This document shows, piece by piece, positions 1 to 11,000 of a stretch of DNA of 29,397 nt. A program made the position numbers and the translations under genes. The notes beneath the pieces are model-generated. The model made no database searches and was not told the origin of the DNA. It saw only the letters and a program-made list of their open reading frames with translations. Origin of the DNA: a virus. Taxonomy: Duplodnaviria > Heunggongvirae > Uroviricota > Caudoviricetes. Position 1 is the stretch's first letter. Each line of letters begins with the position of its first letter. The stretch lies in IMG/VR virus record IMGVR_UViG_3300035498_002028; one strand, written 5' to 3'.

Positions 1-159
1 AAAGAATTTAATAGACTGATTGCAGAGATTGATAAAAAGAGCTTTAATCTAAAAGACCTTGAAACACATAATATACAACATATTATTATTCCACAGAAGA
101 AATTAAAAACAAGGTATTCATATGATATGGATTATTTCATTAAAAATACCAATATATAG
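1..159 (+). CDS. 3' end of a truncated ORF; possibly a RecU-like Holliday junction resolvase C-terminus
   Basis: Frame 1 is open from base 1 to TAG 157-159 (KEFNRLIAEIDKKSFNLKDL...KKLKTRYSYDMDYFIKNTNI). The family guess rests on recalled resemblance only. Confidence 0.35.
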   Translation, partial: KEFNRLIAEIDKKSFNLKDLETHNIQHIIIPQKKLKTRYSYDMDYFIKNTNI

Positions 160-197
160 TTGAAAACGAACAAATAAGAATTTTGGAGGATGCAAAA

Positions 198-794
198 ATG
201 GCAAAAAGAAAAATGGTCGTAAATACCGATTTAGGAATGGTTGATTATTTAGTTATGGTCAATGAAATTGTTCTTGAGTATTTCAATGAGGATGGCGAAT
301 ATCAACCACAGATAGGAACTATAAATGCAATGAGATTATTCTACAATAAGTGTGTTGTAGAAAGTAAATTTGATGCTCCGCATGATATTGTAGATGCAAT
401 GGATATGGAAACAATGATTGAGGATGATGATTTTATTGAAGCATTTAACAACGCAATTGTAGGCAATTATCCAGGAATCCGTATGGACTTCGCAAATGCA
501 TATAGAGACGCACTGGAAATTGTTGAAACCAAGAAAAATTCTATTGAGCGCGCATTTGTATCAATCAAGAAATCTATATCTGCTATTTTAGATACAATCA
601 ATCCTCTTCTATCCGATGACCATATTGATAAAGTGTCCGAAATTGCAAGAGATGTCGCAAACGGAAAGATTAGTGCAGAAGCGGTTGTTGATGCATATGG
701 GAAATCAAATAGATTTAAACAGGTAATCAATTCCGGAGAAAAAAGCAAAGATGCGGATAAAAACGTTGTCTCTATTGACCACTTAAAGAAATAA
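198..794 (+). CDS. Hypothetical phage protein (tail module, possibly an assembly chaperone)
   Basis: ORF track 183..794; ATG 198 follows GGAGGA at 185-190; acidic and predicted helical. Confidence 0.6.
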   Translation: MAKRKMVVNTDLGMVDYLVMVNEIVLEYFNEDGEYQPQIGTINAMRLFYNKCVVESKFDAPHDIVDAMDMETMIEDDDFIEAFNNAIVGNYPGIRMDFANAYRDALEIVETKKNSIERAFVSIKKSISAILDTINPLLSDDHIDKVSEIARDVANGKISAEAVVDAYGKSNRFKQVINSGEKSKDADKNVVSIDHLKK

Positions 795-803
795 GGTGAT
801 TGT

Positions 804-1235
804 ATGGTTGCCACAAATATGGCGCAATTAGAGAAAATGCTATTAAGTCAAGCAAAAAAAGCAATGAATGTAGCTGCCGAAAAAATGAAAGCAGATGTCA
901 TGGAAGAAACGTATTCTTTTTATACTGGTTCAAATCCAACAATGTATATTAGAACAGGTGCTTTAGGAGATACGCCAAGAGTTACTGCTATTTCATGTAG
1001 TGGAAAAACAGTTTCATTCGATGTATCTTTAGACACTTCTTTCAAATATTCTACAGGTGATAACCCAAGCATGGAGCAAGTATTATTGCTCGCAGATAAG
1101 GGAATACCATGGACTACTCAAAGCGGCGCACTTGCAAGACAAACCGTAGGTCGTGGTGGTTTCTGGGAACGCTCAGAAAATAAATTTAAGAAAACATTAG
1201 ATTCAGTTATGGCTTCATTTTTTAGAAAGTTATAA
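804..1235 (+). CDS. Putative neck/tail-completion protein (HK97 gp10-like)
   Basis: 143 aa with a YIRTGAL motif and a C-terminal GFWE; AAGGTGA RBS; located in the tail module. Confidence 0.5.
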   Translation: MVATNMAQLEKMLLSQAKKAMNVAAEKMKADVMEETYSFYTGSNPTMYIRTGALGDTPRVTAISCSGKTVSFDVSLDTSFKYSTGDNPSMEQVLLLADKGIPWTTQSGALARQTVGRGGFWERSENKFKKTLDSVMASFFRKL

Positions 1236-1269
1236 CTAATATATAACAATTATATAAGGAAGTGATTAA

Positions 1270-2322
1270 ATGGGAAATCAAAAGGAAGGAAGAACTACTG
1301 TCTATAACAATATAACTTCCGAAGATAAAATGGAACAGGTGAATCCGGATAATATTCAGTTGGAGAACGACTTTTTGGAGTACCTTGCTTCCATTGACAG
1401 AGCCAAATCAACAATTAAACAATACAAAGCAAATTTACATGTATTTTGGTGTTGGAATCTTGAATTTAATAAAAACAAATTCTTTGTCAATTTAACGAAA
1501 AGAGAAATCTCTAAGTTTCAAAGTCACGCTATGACTGTTTGGGGATGGTCGCCAAAGCGTATACGAACAGTAAAAGCTACTATCTCATCTCTGAGCAATT
1601 ATATTGAAAATATTCTTGACGATGAATTTGAAGGATACAAACCAATTGTAAGAAAAATTGAATCTCCGGCAGATGTGGCAGTAAGAACAAAGACAGTATT
1701 TTCAGAGGATGAATTACAAGGTTTGCTCGATAAATTGGTTGCGTCTGAATATTATATGAAAGCATGTGCGTTAGCTCTTGCCATGAATAATGGTAGAAGA
1801 AAAGCCGAACTGCCAAGGTTTAAAGTTTCATATTTTAATGATGAAAATTTAATTTGCGAAGGTGCATTATATAAAACGCCAGAAAAAATCATGACCAAAG
1901 GTAGAGGTTCAAGAGGTAAAATGCTTGATGTGTATACATTGGCAAGTACATTTAAACCATATCTTGATTTGTGGTTAGATGAACGTAAGAAATTAGGAAT
2001 CACAAGTGACTGGCTATTTCCTAAATTCAAAGATGGACAATGGATTGATGAGCAGATTGATACTGTTCTATTGGATTCATGGGGAAATACATTTTCTAAA
2101 ATGTTGGAGAAACCATTTTACTGGCATAGTTTAAGACACTATTTTACAACTAAGTTGTCAATGGCTAATTTACCAGAAAGCGTTATCCAGGAGATAATCG
2201 GTTGGGAAAGTTCAGATATGGTTCGTTTATACGATGACCAAACTGCTGAATCTCAGTTTGATAAATATTTTGGTGCAGATGGTATTAAGAGTGTAAAACA
2301 AACAACATTAACAGAATTATAA
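1270..2322 (+). CDS. Tyrosine recombinase (XerC/D- or integrase-like)
   Basis: Catalytic set R (NNGRRKAEL), K (TKGRG), HxxR (HSLRH), W (IIGW), Y (VRLYD); N-terminal core-binding helices (RAKSTIKQY). Confidence 0.92.
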   Translation: MGNQKEGRTTVYNNITSEDKMEQVNPDNIQLENDFLEYLASIDRAKSTIKQYKANLHVFWCWNLEFNKNKFFVNLTKREISKFQSHAMTVWGWSPKRIRTVKATISSLSNYIENILDDEFEGYKPIVRKIESPADVAVRTKTVFSEDELQGLLDKLVASEYYMKACALALAMNNGRRKAELPRFKVSYFNDENLICEGALYKTPEKIMTKGRGSRGKMLDVYTLASTFKPYLDLWLDERKKLGITSDWLFPKFKDGQWIDEQIDTVLLDSWGNTFSKMLEKPFYWHSLRHYFTTKLSMANLPESVIQEIIGWESSDMVRLYDDQTAESQFDKYFGADGIKSVKQTTLTEL

Positions 2323-2335
2323 AATTGATTTTTAG

Positions 2336-2364
2336 TAACACGCAATATGTAGCGTGTTATTTTT
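2336..2364 (+). terminator. Intrinsic terminator-like hairpin
   Basis: TAACACGC-aatatgta-GCGTGTTA followed by TTTTT. Confidence 0.55.
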
Positions 2365-2392
2365 ATGCAAATTTTTTTATGGAGGTAAGTAT

Positions 2393-4318
2393 ATGTCTGA
2401 TTTTACAGCTAAAATTATAGCTCAATTAGATACTTCCAAAATACCAAGCCAAATTTCACAGATTGGTAAAACCGGAATCAATCTGAGTAATGTTAAAATA
2501 AAGAATGTGCAGATGGATACAAGCAAACTTGCATCTCAAGTGCAAGCTGCATTAAACCGACAGAAGTTTACAATAAATATCTCAAAAATTGGTTTAGGAA
2601 ATGTATCTAATTTTGCAACTAGCAGTCTGACAAAGAGTTTAACTGATAGAATAAATTCTCAAATTAGTAGTGGCGGTATTGAAGCATCTATCGCCAAAGT
2701 AACTGCTCAGTATGAGAAGTTAGGCACCACAGGGCATTCAAAATTATCACAAATAAAAAGTGATATCGAAACCCTAAATAAACTGCAATCGCAGATGAGC
2801 ACATCATCAAATAGCAAGGCTTTGGTTAGCAATTATGAGAAGTTTAATGAGACGCTTGCCAAAGTAAAAAATAATTTAACAACAGTATCAGCGGAAAGTA
2901 AAACTTTTGCAACTAGCTTTCAAATAAATACTCTTGACAATAAGATATCTCAGTGGGCTGCAAATAATTCAAGGGCAATGTCTACTTTTGGTGCTGATAT
3001 TGCAAATGTGCAGTCTCAATTAAGAGCACTTGCAAGCTCTGGCGAAGTTCCACTGTCAAGTTTAAAATCGCTTGAGAATGAATTTAAGAATATTTCTTTA
3101 GCAGCTACGCAAGCTGGATTAACCGGAAAAACATTTGGCGATACAATGCGTGGCGCATTCTCTAGCATTACAAAGTATGTATCTGTTTCCACAGTCATTT
3201 ATCAATCAGTTCGTGCAATCAGAGAAATGGTTGATAATGTATACGAAGTTGATACAGCAATGACAGAATTATATCGTGTTACTAATTTATCAGCATCACA
3301 ATATAAATCTTTGTATGCAGATATGACAAACTCTGCAAAAGAATACGGAGCTTCATTATCAGAGATAATTGATTCTACTGCTAGCTGGGTTCGTTTGGGA
3401 TTTGATTCGCAGACTGCAAATAAATTAGCTGAAATCACTACAATGTATCAACATGTTACAGACTTAGATGAATCTACTGCCGTAGATAATTTGGTAACTG
3501 CATATAAGGGATTTCAAGAACAATTAGACGAATTATATTCTGGCGATTCTGCCGCAGCCGTAGAATACGTTGCCGATATTTTCGATAAACTTGGTAACGA
3601 ATTTGCTGTTACAGCCGCAAATGTCGGTGATGGACTGACAAATTGTGCTTCTGCCTTAGAGGTAGCTGGTAACTCAATTCAAGAATCAGCTGCTATGGTA
3701 ACTGGTATTACGGAAGTTACACAAGATGCTTCCAAAGCGGGCAATGCTTTAAGAACGTTATCTATGCGTTTGCGTGGTACAGACGCAGAAGAATTGGAAG
3801 CTCTTGGAGAAGATACAGAAGGATTGATTTCTGTAACATCGAAACTCCAAGACAATATTAAATCGCTCACCGGAGTTGATTTAGTGGATGCAGAAGGTCA
3901 ATTACGTTCTACATATGATGTAATGTCTGACCTGGCAAAAGTTTGGGATTCGTTAGATGGAAATACTCAATCAAACGTTTTAGAAACTATTGCAGGTAAA
4001 AATAGAGCTTCTGATATTGCCGCTCTTTTGAAAAACTGGAATCAAGTTGAATCAGCGATGCAAGCTGCTACTAACGCCGAAGGTACTGCTGCGCAAGAGC
4101 AGGAAACATGGAGCGAACACATACAAGCATCAGTAAAAAAATTACAGGCTTCTTGGGAAGCTCTTTCTAATACAATTATAAATTCCGATTTCTTAAAAGC
4201 ATTAGTAGATTCTGGAACATCACTTCTTGATTTACTTGACAATTTAATTTCAAAGTTTGGAACGATACCAACGCTTTTAGCTGGTATAGCTGCGGCTATG
4301 TCATTCAAAAATGTCGGT
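2393..4318 (+). CDS. Tape measure protein, exon 1 (TP901-type TMP core domain)
   Basis: ATG 2393 follows GGAGGT; typical motifs (VDTAMTELYRVT, AGNALRTLSMRL, RSTYDVMSDLAKVW, IAGKNRAS). The unspliced frame runs to TAA at 4342; the proposed 5' splice site follows GGT 4316-4318. Confidence 0.88.
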
Positions 4319-4709
4319 AGGGATAAAATGTTTTCCCTCTAATCTTAAATGCCGACAGTTGTGAAATTTCTATTGGATACAATAGTTTAGACACAACGCT
4401 CAATGAAATACATTGAGTTAAACGAAGTCTCAATATGCGAGGAAAATGGTACACTGTAACTACTCTCCTACTATGGCAACATAGATAGGTTCGTAACAAT
4501 GTTGCACTCCATTGGTTCGCAGGGATAGTTCTCTTTGAGAAAAGCCCTCACTGTAGCGACAACAGATGGTCGTGGTTATATGCAACGATGCCACGGTAAT
4601 ATGCGCTCGGAACTAACCGAAGTATGACGGTATTATTATAGTAGGAATCCTATCTCCTTCTCTCATACATGCTTGACCCTATGATATAAAGGGTAAAATA
4701 GGAGTTATA

Positions 4710-5006
4710 TCACCACTTATATCCACAATTTTGACATTCAAATTGTGAACGTGCTGTTTTACTAAATAAACCAAAAGCATATCCATGTAACACCCTTTTC
4801 GCATAGGATATTGTTTTAATATTAGTGGATTTACAAGTTGGACATATAGGAATATTACTTTGTTTCACTATTTGTTCTCTTCGTTCCAACTGGTCTTGTT
4901 CTGATTGTTCATCCGAATAAGGAACAAGCCGATTTCTGTCGTTGAGACAATAATAATCATTTGGTTGGTTGTAAATACGTTTGCACAATGGACAAATTTT
5001 CATCAT
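4710..5006 (-). CDS. Intron-nested antisense zinc-ribbon protein, function unknown
   Basis: 98 aa with CPLC, CPTCKSTNI and CQNCGYKW plus a short FGLFS hydrophobic patch; AAGGGGGA RBS; no HNH, GIY-YIG or LAGLIDADG motif seen. Confidence 0.8.
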   Translation of the reverse strand: MMKICPLCKRIYNQPNDYYCLNDRNRLVPYSDEQSEQDQLERREQIVKQSNIPICPTCKSTNIKTISYAKRVLHGYAFGLFSKTARSQFECQNCGYKW

Positions 5007-5010
5007 TAAA

Positions 5011-5056
5011 TCCCCCTTGATAATATTATTATATCATCTTTTTTGTAGCTTTTCAA
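5011..5056 (-). promoter_or_regulatory. Sigma70/SigA promoter and RBS for the antisense gene
   Basis: Minus strand: TTGAAA (5056-5051), 17-nt spacer, TATAAT (5033-5028) with extended TGn; RBS AAGGGGGA (5018-5011). Confidence 0.8.
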
Positions 5057-5083
5057 TATACAAGCAAGATTGAAAATAGTTCG

Positions 5084-8000
5084 ATTTTTAGAAATTTATC
5101 TACTGAATTAGATGGATTTATCAATCAAGTGGGTATTGCTAAAACAAGTATTGCTGATTTAGTCAATGCATTTAACGCTGGAAGTTCTGGGAAAACTGGC
5201 GCTAGTGGACTTTTTAGCGGATTATCTGCCATGCAAAATTCTGTTAGCAGCGGAATTACTCAACAAGACATTGTTAATATACAAGCCTATAATGACCAGA
5301 TAGATGCTTGTGTTGGTTCACAAACTGCTTTTTATAGAACAATGCTTTCCTCTTCAAAAGCAGCGCAAGATATGGTTGCTGAATGTAATGGTGGAAAAGT
5401 TGCGCTTTCTGGACTAACCGCTGCTGAAAACACTTCCTTGGGAGCTACAATCGCGCTAAAAGTTGGAGTTATAGCCCTTAATGTTGCTTTAACAATGGGA
5501 TTGGCATTGGCTATTCAAGCTGTTATTACAGGTTTAACAAAACTTGTAAATGCTAAGAAGGATGCAGCTGATGCAGCTCAGACAGCCGCAAGTGAAGCAA
5601 AGACCGCTGCCGAAACCGCCAAAGAAGAAGCGGATTCTATTGACGAGTTAATTGAAAAATATAAAGAACTCAAAAATAGTGACACTCAAGATTCTTCCAC
5701 AAGAGCTGAAATTGCAGATATTCAATCACAAATCGTAGACCTTGTTGGCGACCAGGTAGAGAATTTAGATTTGGTCAATGGCAAATTAGACGAACAGATT
5801 GAAAAGTTAAATGAAGTCAAACAGTTGGAAGCCGAAAAAGCTCTTGATTTTGCAAATACGGCATATACAACAGCAAAGAAGGCTTCTGATACTGCTATCG
5901 GTGACGATAGTGTTGGGTTTTCTAGCGGCTATGAGTATTCCGGAAAAACATCATACTCTGAGAAAGAATTAAGAAATGCACTTGGCGAATATTATCAAGC
6001 TGTAAGTAAAAGACCAATATTTGGCACATACGGAGTAAATTTAACATCTAACGAACAAAACCTCGAATTTTCTGGCATTGATGTGAGTACAATCGAAGGC
6101 AAAATTGATGCATTAGAGGAAATGCGCAATAGATTGTCAACATTGGAAGGATATGCCGATGATGACTTATATACCGGATTAGGTACTGCTATTGAAAAAT
6201 ATCAAGAGTTGTTAGACGAGGAAACTGATTCTGCTAAATCATTGATAGAACGTGCTGCGGATGTTGAATCTTATAACAACGATATAATTGTAGATAGTGC
6301 TGAAACATATGAAGAATATCGTAAGAAATTGATTGATTTAATTTCTGATAATGATTATATTTCTGGTAAGCTCTCTAGCGGCGATATAAGTACAGACCAG
6401 ATTGAAACATATGTGAATGACTATATGGCTTCACTTGATACATTTTCTGATTACTATGATGAATGGGCTGAAAAGTATAATTCTACCACGGAATCAGTGA
6501 ATGATGGTGAAGTGCCATTGGCTGGAATTTCCAAAGCTATAGCAGATGAAACAAAACGAGTAGAAAAGTTTTCAGAACTCACAAAGAATTTTAGTGATGA
6601 AACAAAAGAATGGTTTAATGGTCTTAGTGATAGTGACCAAGATATTGTATATGATATCAGCTTAGAAGTTGATGATTCTGCGACATTTACTTTAGAGAAA
6701 TGGAAAAGTGAATTAGAGACTGTCAAAGAAACTGGAAAGACTACTGAATCTTCATTACAAGATTTTTATGATTTAATGCAAGATACAGATGATGGTAATT
6801 TTTCAACAGTTATTGATGATTTTACTTCACAGCTTGATACATTACAATCTGCGTTAGATAATTACTATTCCGGAAATTTATCAAATTCAGATATTTTCGA
6901 TTTAATGCAGAATTTCCCGATTCTTACTCAATATGCAGATGATTTGGGAACTGGAATCAAAGTTGCAATGCAGGATATAATCGGCAGCACAAGTGACGCT
7001 GGTTCTGTTATGGAAGTATTTGATGAACAGATACAAGCGGTTGGTGAGAATTCTGCTGCTGCTGATGCTTTGAGAACACTTAGAGACGAAATGCTTAGTC
7101 TTTATAGTGTAGCTGACGATGGCTTTTCTTTTAAGATAGATGCAGAGATTGGTCATATGGATACTGTATATGACGCTATCGAAAAATCTGTTTCTTCTAC
7201 GGGATTAGACACTGATACTATTAACAGTGTCAAGCAATTATATCAAAACCTTGAAGGCTATGATGAAAGCACGTTATTTGAAAGAACTGCGAATGGTATT
7301 CACTTAAATGTTACTGCACTCAGAGAACTTGAATCGGAATACGAGAAGCAAAAGAAAAGTGAAATTGATAGTCATTTAGATGATTTGATTAGTCAGTACA
7401 ATGACTTAACGGAGCAAATCAATGATTGTAGCGATGCGGCTGGAACTGCGGATTTATATGCTCAAAGGGCTGATATATTAGAGCAAATCAATGATACAGC
7501 GGATTTAGCTGCACAATACGAAGGACTTACATCGGCATTTAATAAGTGGGAAGAAGCGCAATCTACACCAGATGAAGATGATATGTTTACAACCTTATCT
7601 GACGGTCTGGATGATATTAAAGAATTGTTTGATTCCGGCAGAGTTGGTGTCGATGATTTTAGAGAAGCTGTACAGCTTATGACAGATACAGATTTGTCTA
7701 CTGCATCTGTTGAAGAGCTTATGTCTGTATATGACAATGGCTTTTCTACTATGAAACAATTTTTCACTGGAAGCCAGGATGGATTATTACAATTTCTAAA
7801 TACTGCGAAAACAGTGAGCGATGAGCTTGGTGAAGATTGGGTCAAGTTAGACGAAAACGGAAATTGGTCTGTCAACCTCGGCGTTGGTGGCGATGAAGAA
7901 CTTGCAAATGCAATCAATGAAATGACAGATTTGCAAATGTCAACAGAAGAGGTTCAAATTCTTTTAAGAGCAATGAGTGCTTATGGATTTGATGTCAATT

Positions 8001-11000
8001 TAGATTCTGCATATTCATCTTTTGAATTATTGCAATCAGATGCGGAAGAAGCAAATGATAAGTTAAAAGAATTATCTAAGACCGATTATACTTTTACGTT
8101 TGATACTCAAAGCATTGATGATGTAAATGAGCAAATAACAAAAGCCCAGGATATCCTTGACACTTTTAAGGATACGGATGGCAATGTCGATGTGAGCATA
8201 GATGGCGCACAAGAAGCTCAGACAATATTAGGTACTCTCATATCTAATAAGCAGACATTAACTGCGCCAGAAGTAATGCAGATTGATACTACTGCTCTAT
8301 CAGATGTGGATACAGATATATCAAATGCCATTAGTTTGATGCAGGAATTTACGAAATATTCCAATGACCTTGAGATTGAAACATCGTTAGGAATTGATAC
8401 CTCTGATACACAAGAGAAGTTACAAAATGTAGCTTCTAAATTGGATGAGGTTCCGGATGAAGTAAAAACCAAGTTGGAATTGGATGATGAGGATTTTCAG
8501 ACTGCATTAACTAATCTTTCTAATACGGAAGTTGATGTTAGTACTGGTGTCACCTTAAATAGTGAAGATATTGAAAGTGTCCAGTCTGCAATAAATGGTA
8601 TTAAAACCAAAGATATTGAGTTGCTGACCAATTCTTCCGAAGTTACAGAAGCATTGGATGGAATTGATGAATATACGATTGATGACAAAACTTTTAATGT
8701 TTCCATAGACAACAATCCTATGATGGAACTTTATAGCATCAATTCATATGTAATAAAGGATAAGACATACAAAGTAACCGCAGAAACTTCTTCATCTGGA
8801 ACAAGCGATGCTCAAGGTTCGGCATATGCAAAGGGCGTAGCTTATAATTCCGGAGATTGGGGAATTAAAAATAGCGGCACTGCTTTAGGTGGTGAATTAG
8901 GGCAAGAACTTGTTGTACGTGATGGTAAATATTTTACTATCGGTGACAATGGTGCGGAATTCTTCAATTATAAAAAGGGCGATATTATTTTCAATGCAGC
9001 ACAAACCAAAGAGCTTTTTGAAAATGGTAGAGTTACAAGTTATGGTGGAAGAGGAAAATCTTTTGCAAAAGGTACTGCTTTTTCTAATGCTCAAGGTACA
9101 ATGTACAATAAGGGAGATGTTGTAACTGTTGGAAAAGTATCTAGTAGTAACGACAACAGTAGTAGTAGTAAAAGCAATTCTAAAACCGCACTGGAAAAAT
9201 TCCAAGAATGGTTCTCAAAACTGTTTGACTGGATTGAAATTAAACTTGAAAGACAAGCAGATAAGATAGAAAAATATACAACCAAAGCCGACAATGCTCA
9301 AAATAATGGAAACTATAAAAGTGCTGCTAAAAATTATAGGAAAGCTATAAACGCAACCACAACCCAAGTTTCTTATGAACAAAAAGCAGCGTCTAAATAT
9401 AATACACAGGCTAATTCTGTCTTAAAGAAAGCTGTGTCTATGGGTGTTGTTTCTCAAAAGCAAGCTAATTCTATTGCCAAAAAAGTAAAGTCTGGAAGCA
9501 TGAATATATCTGAGTATTCAGATAAAATTCAAGAGGTTATCAAGGACTACCAGGAATGGTATGAAAAATCCAAGAGCGCCAAAGATGCTATTACTGAATT
9601 ACATCAGTCAATCCGTGAATATATTCAAGACTTAAAAGATGTTCGTGATGCTCAAAGAGATGCAAAGCTGGAAAGTATAGACACATACTCTTCTATCGGA
9701 ACATCTGGCGTTACACAAACATCTGCTGCTAAAAATAGCCAACTCAATTATACAAATTCGCAATTAAAGTCACAGAATGGCGCATACGATACGGAAGTTA
9801 AAAATGTTTCCAGTGATACAACCTCAGTTGGTAAAACAGGAACTAAAGCTATCAATAAAGCGTTAAAAACCAGTGACGCAAAGAAGAAAAAGGTTTACAA
9901 GAAAGCCCTTAACAATGCGAAGAAGGCTATTGAATCGAAGCAGAAAGTTTCAAGCGCTGATTTAAAGACAATTAAGAAATACTCTATTTCTGTTTATGAA
10001 AAGATATATGCATATAATATTGCTTTAGATAATCTTGAAACAGCAAAGTTAGAGCAGGCTACAAATTACGCAGCCACAAGTTCGGAAATCTATCAAAATA
10101 TTGCTGAAACATATAGCAATATGGATGAAGAGACGAATGATAATATTAGCTTATTATCTCAAAAGGCTAATAATGCTACGACTGCAAGTGCGAAGAATAG
10201 CTATCTTTCACAACAAGCAGCTCAGTATGATACTATATTGTCAAATGACGATGCAGAAATCAATAGATATTCTGCTGAGGTTAGTAGTAATAAAAGCACT
10301 ATTTTAAAGAAAAATGCTGGCACGAGCAAGTATAAGAAACTTGATTCAGCAACGCAAGCAGCTGTTAAGAAAAAGATTGAAGCTGCACGAAAAGCCGCCA
10401 AATCCGGTGTGGCTATTAGTGCATCGGTAATATCCGCACTTGCGAAATACTATTCAAAGGGTTATGTAACCAAAGCGTTTTACCAAGCATGTGTTGACTA
10501 CAATAATGCAATTGAAAGCAAAGCACAAGCAGAAGCCCAGAAAGAAATTGATGAGCAGACAGCTATTGCAGAAAAAGCCGCCATTGGTACACAAATGGTT
10601 AGCAATGTCGAGCAAGAGTATACCAATAAGCTGAATGAGAATAGTTCAAAAACTGCTCAAATTACCACAGCTCAATCTCTTAAAACGACAAGAGGTTTGT
10701 CATTAACCGCATCTGATTATAAGAATTTAATCAATCAGAGCAAGACAGACCAATCGCTTTATAGCCAAGCTGCGTCTGCTATCTCACAACAGATACAGGC
10801 AAATTTAGCAGCTGGATACTGGACAACTGATTCACAGGAATATAAAGATGCCATTCAGACAATGAATGACTACTCTAATAAAGCCGAAGAATGTAGAGTT
10901 GAGCAAGAGGAATGGAATAATGCCATAGCGCAAATTCCGTATACCAATCTCGAAAAGGTTCTTGACTTGTTGGATTCTATCAAAGATAATTACAAGTCTC

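Larger units (their letters stand above)
4319..5083 (+). ncRNA. Group I-like self-splicing intron in the TMP gene
   Basis: P1: exon TGTCGGT 4312-18 pairs with GCCGACA 4351-57 (U4318.G4351). P10: AAAT 4347-50 with exon-2 ATTT. P2 hairpins 4358-97 and 4399-4417. P4 TGCGA 4436-40/TCGCA 4517-21. P5 AATGG/CCATT with a GCAA tetraloop stem 4471-84. P6 4522-48. P8 CGTGGT/GCCACG. P9.0 GAACTA 4610-15/TAGTTC 5077-82, then terminal G5083. Removal gives an in-frame join. Confidence 0.8.

Noticed and set aside
1240-1256. Palindrome TATATAA-caa-TTATATA before the recombinase gene as an operator or recombination site
   Set aside because: The arms are AT-only in an AT-rich genome, and no second copy was seen.
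2336-2359. 8-8-8 inverted repeat as a lox/dif-like site
   Set aside because: The arms are shorter than the usual 11-13 bp, and the T tail fits a terminator better.
4305-4499. 64-aa minus-strand ORF over the intron 5' part
   Set aside because: It overlaps the structured RNA core and has no protein-like features.
4319-5083. IS element or group II intron
   Set aside because: No transposase, terminal inverted repeats or target duplication; no GUGYG start, AY end or domain V seen.
4319-5128. TMP as a pseudogene, frameshifted gene or two independent genes
   Set aside because: Both halves are intact and in the same frame, pairings define precise splice sites, and GTG 5129 lacks a good RBS. Not excluded without RNA data.
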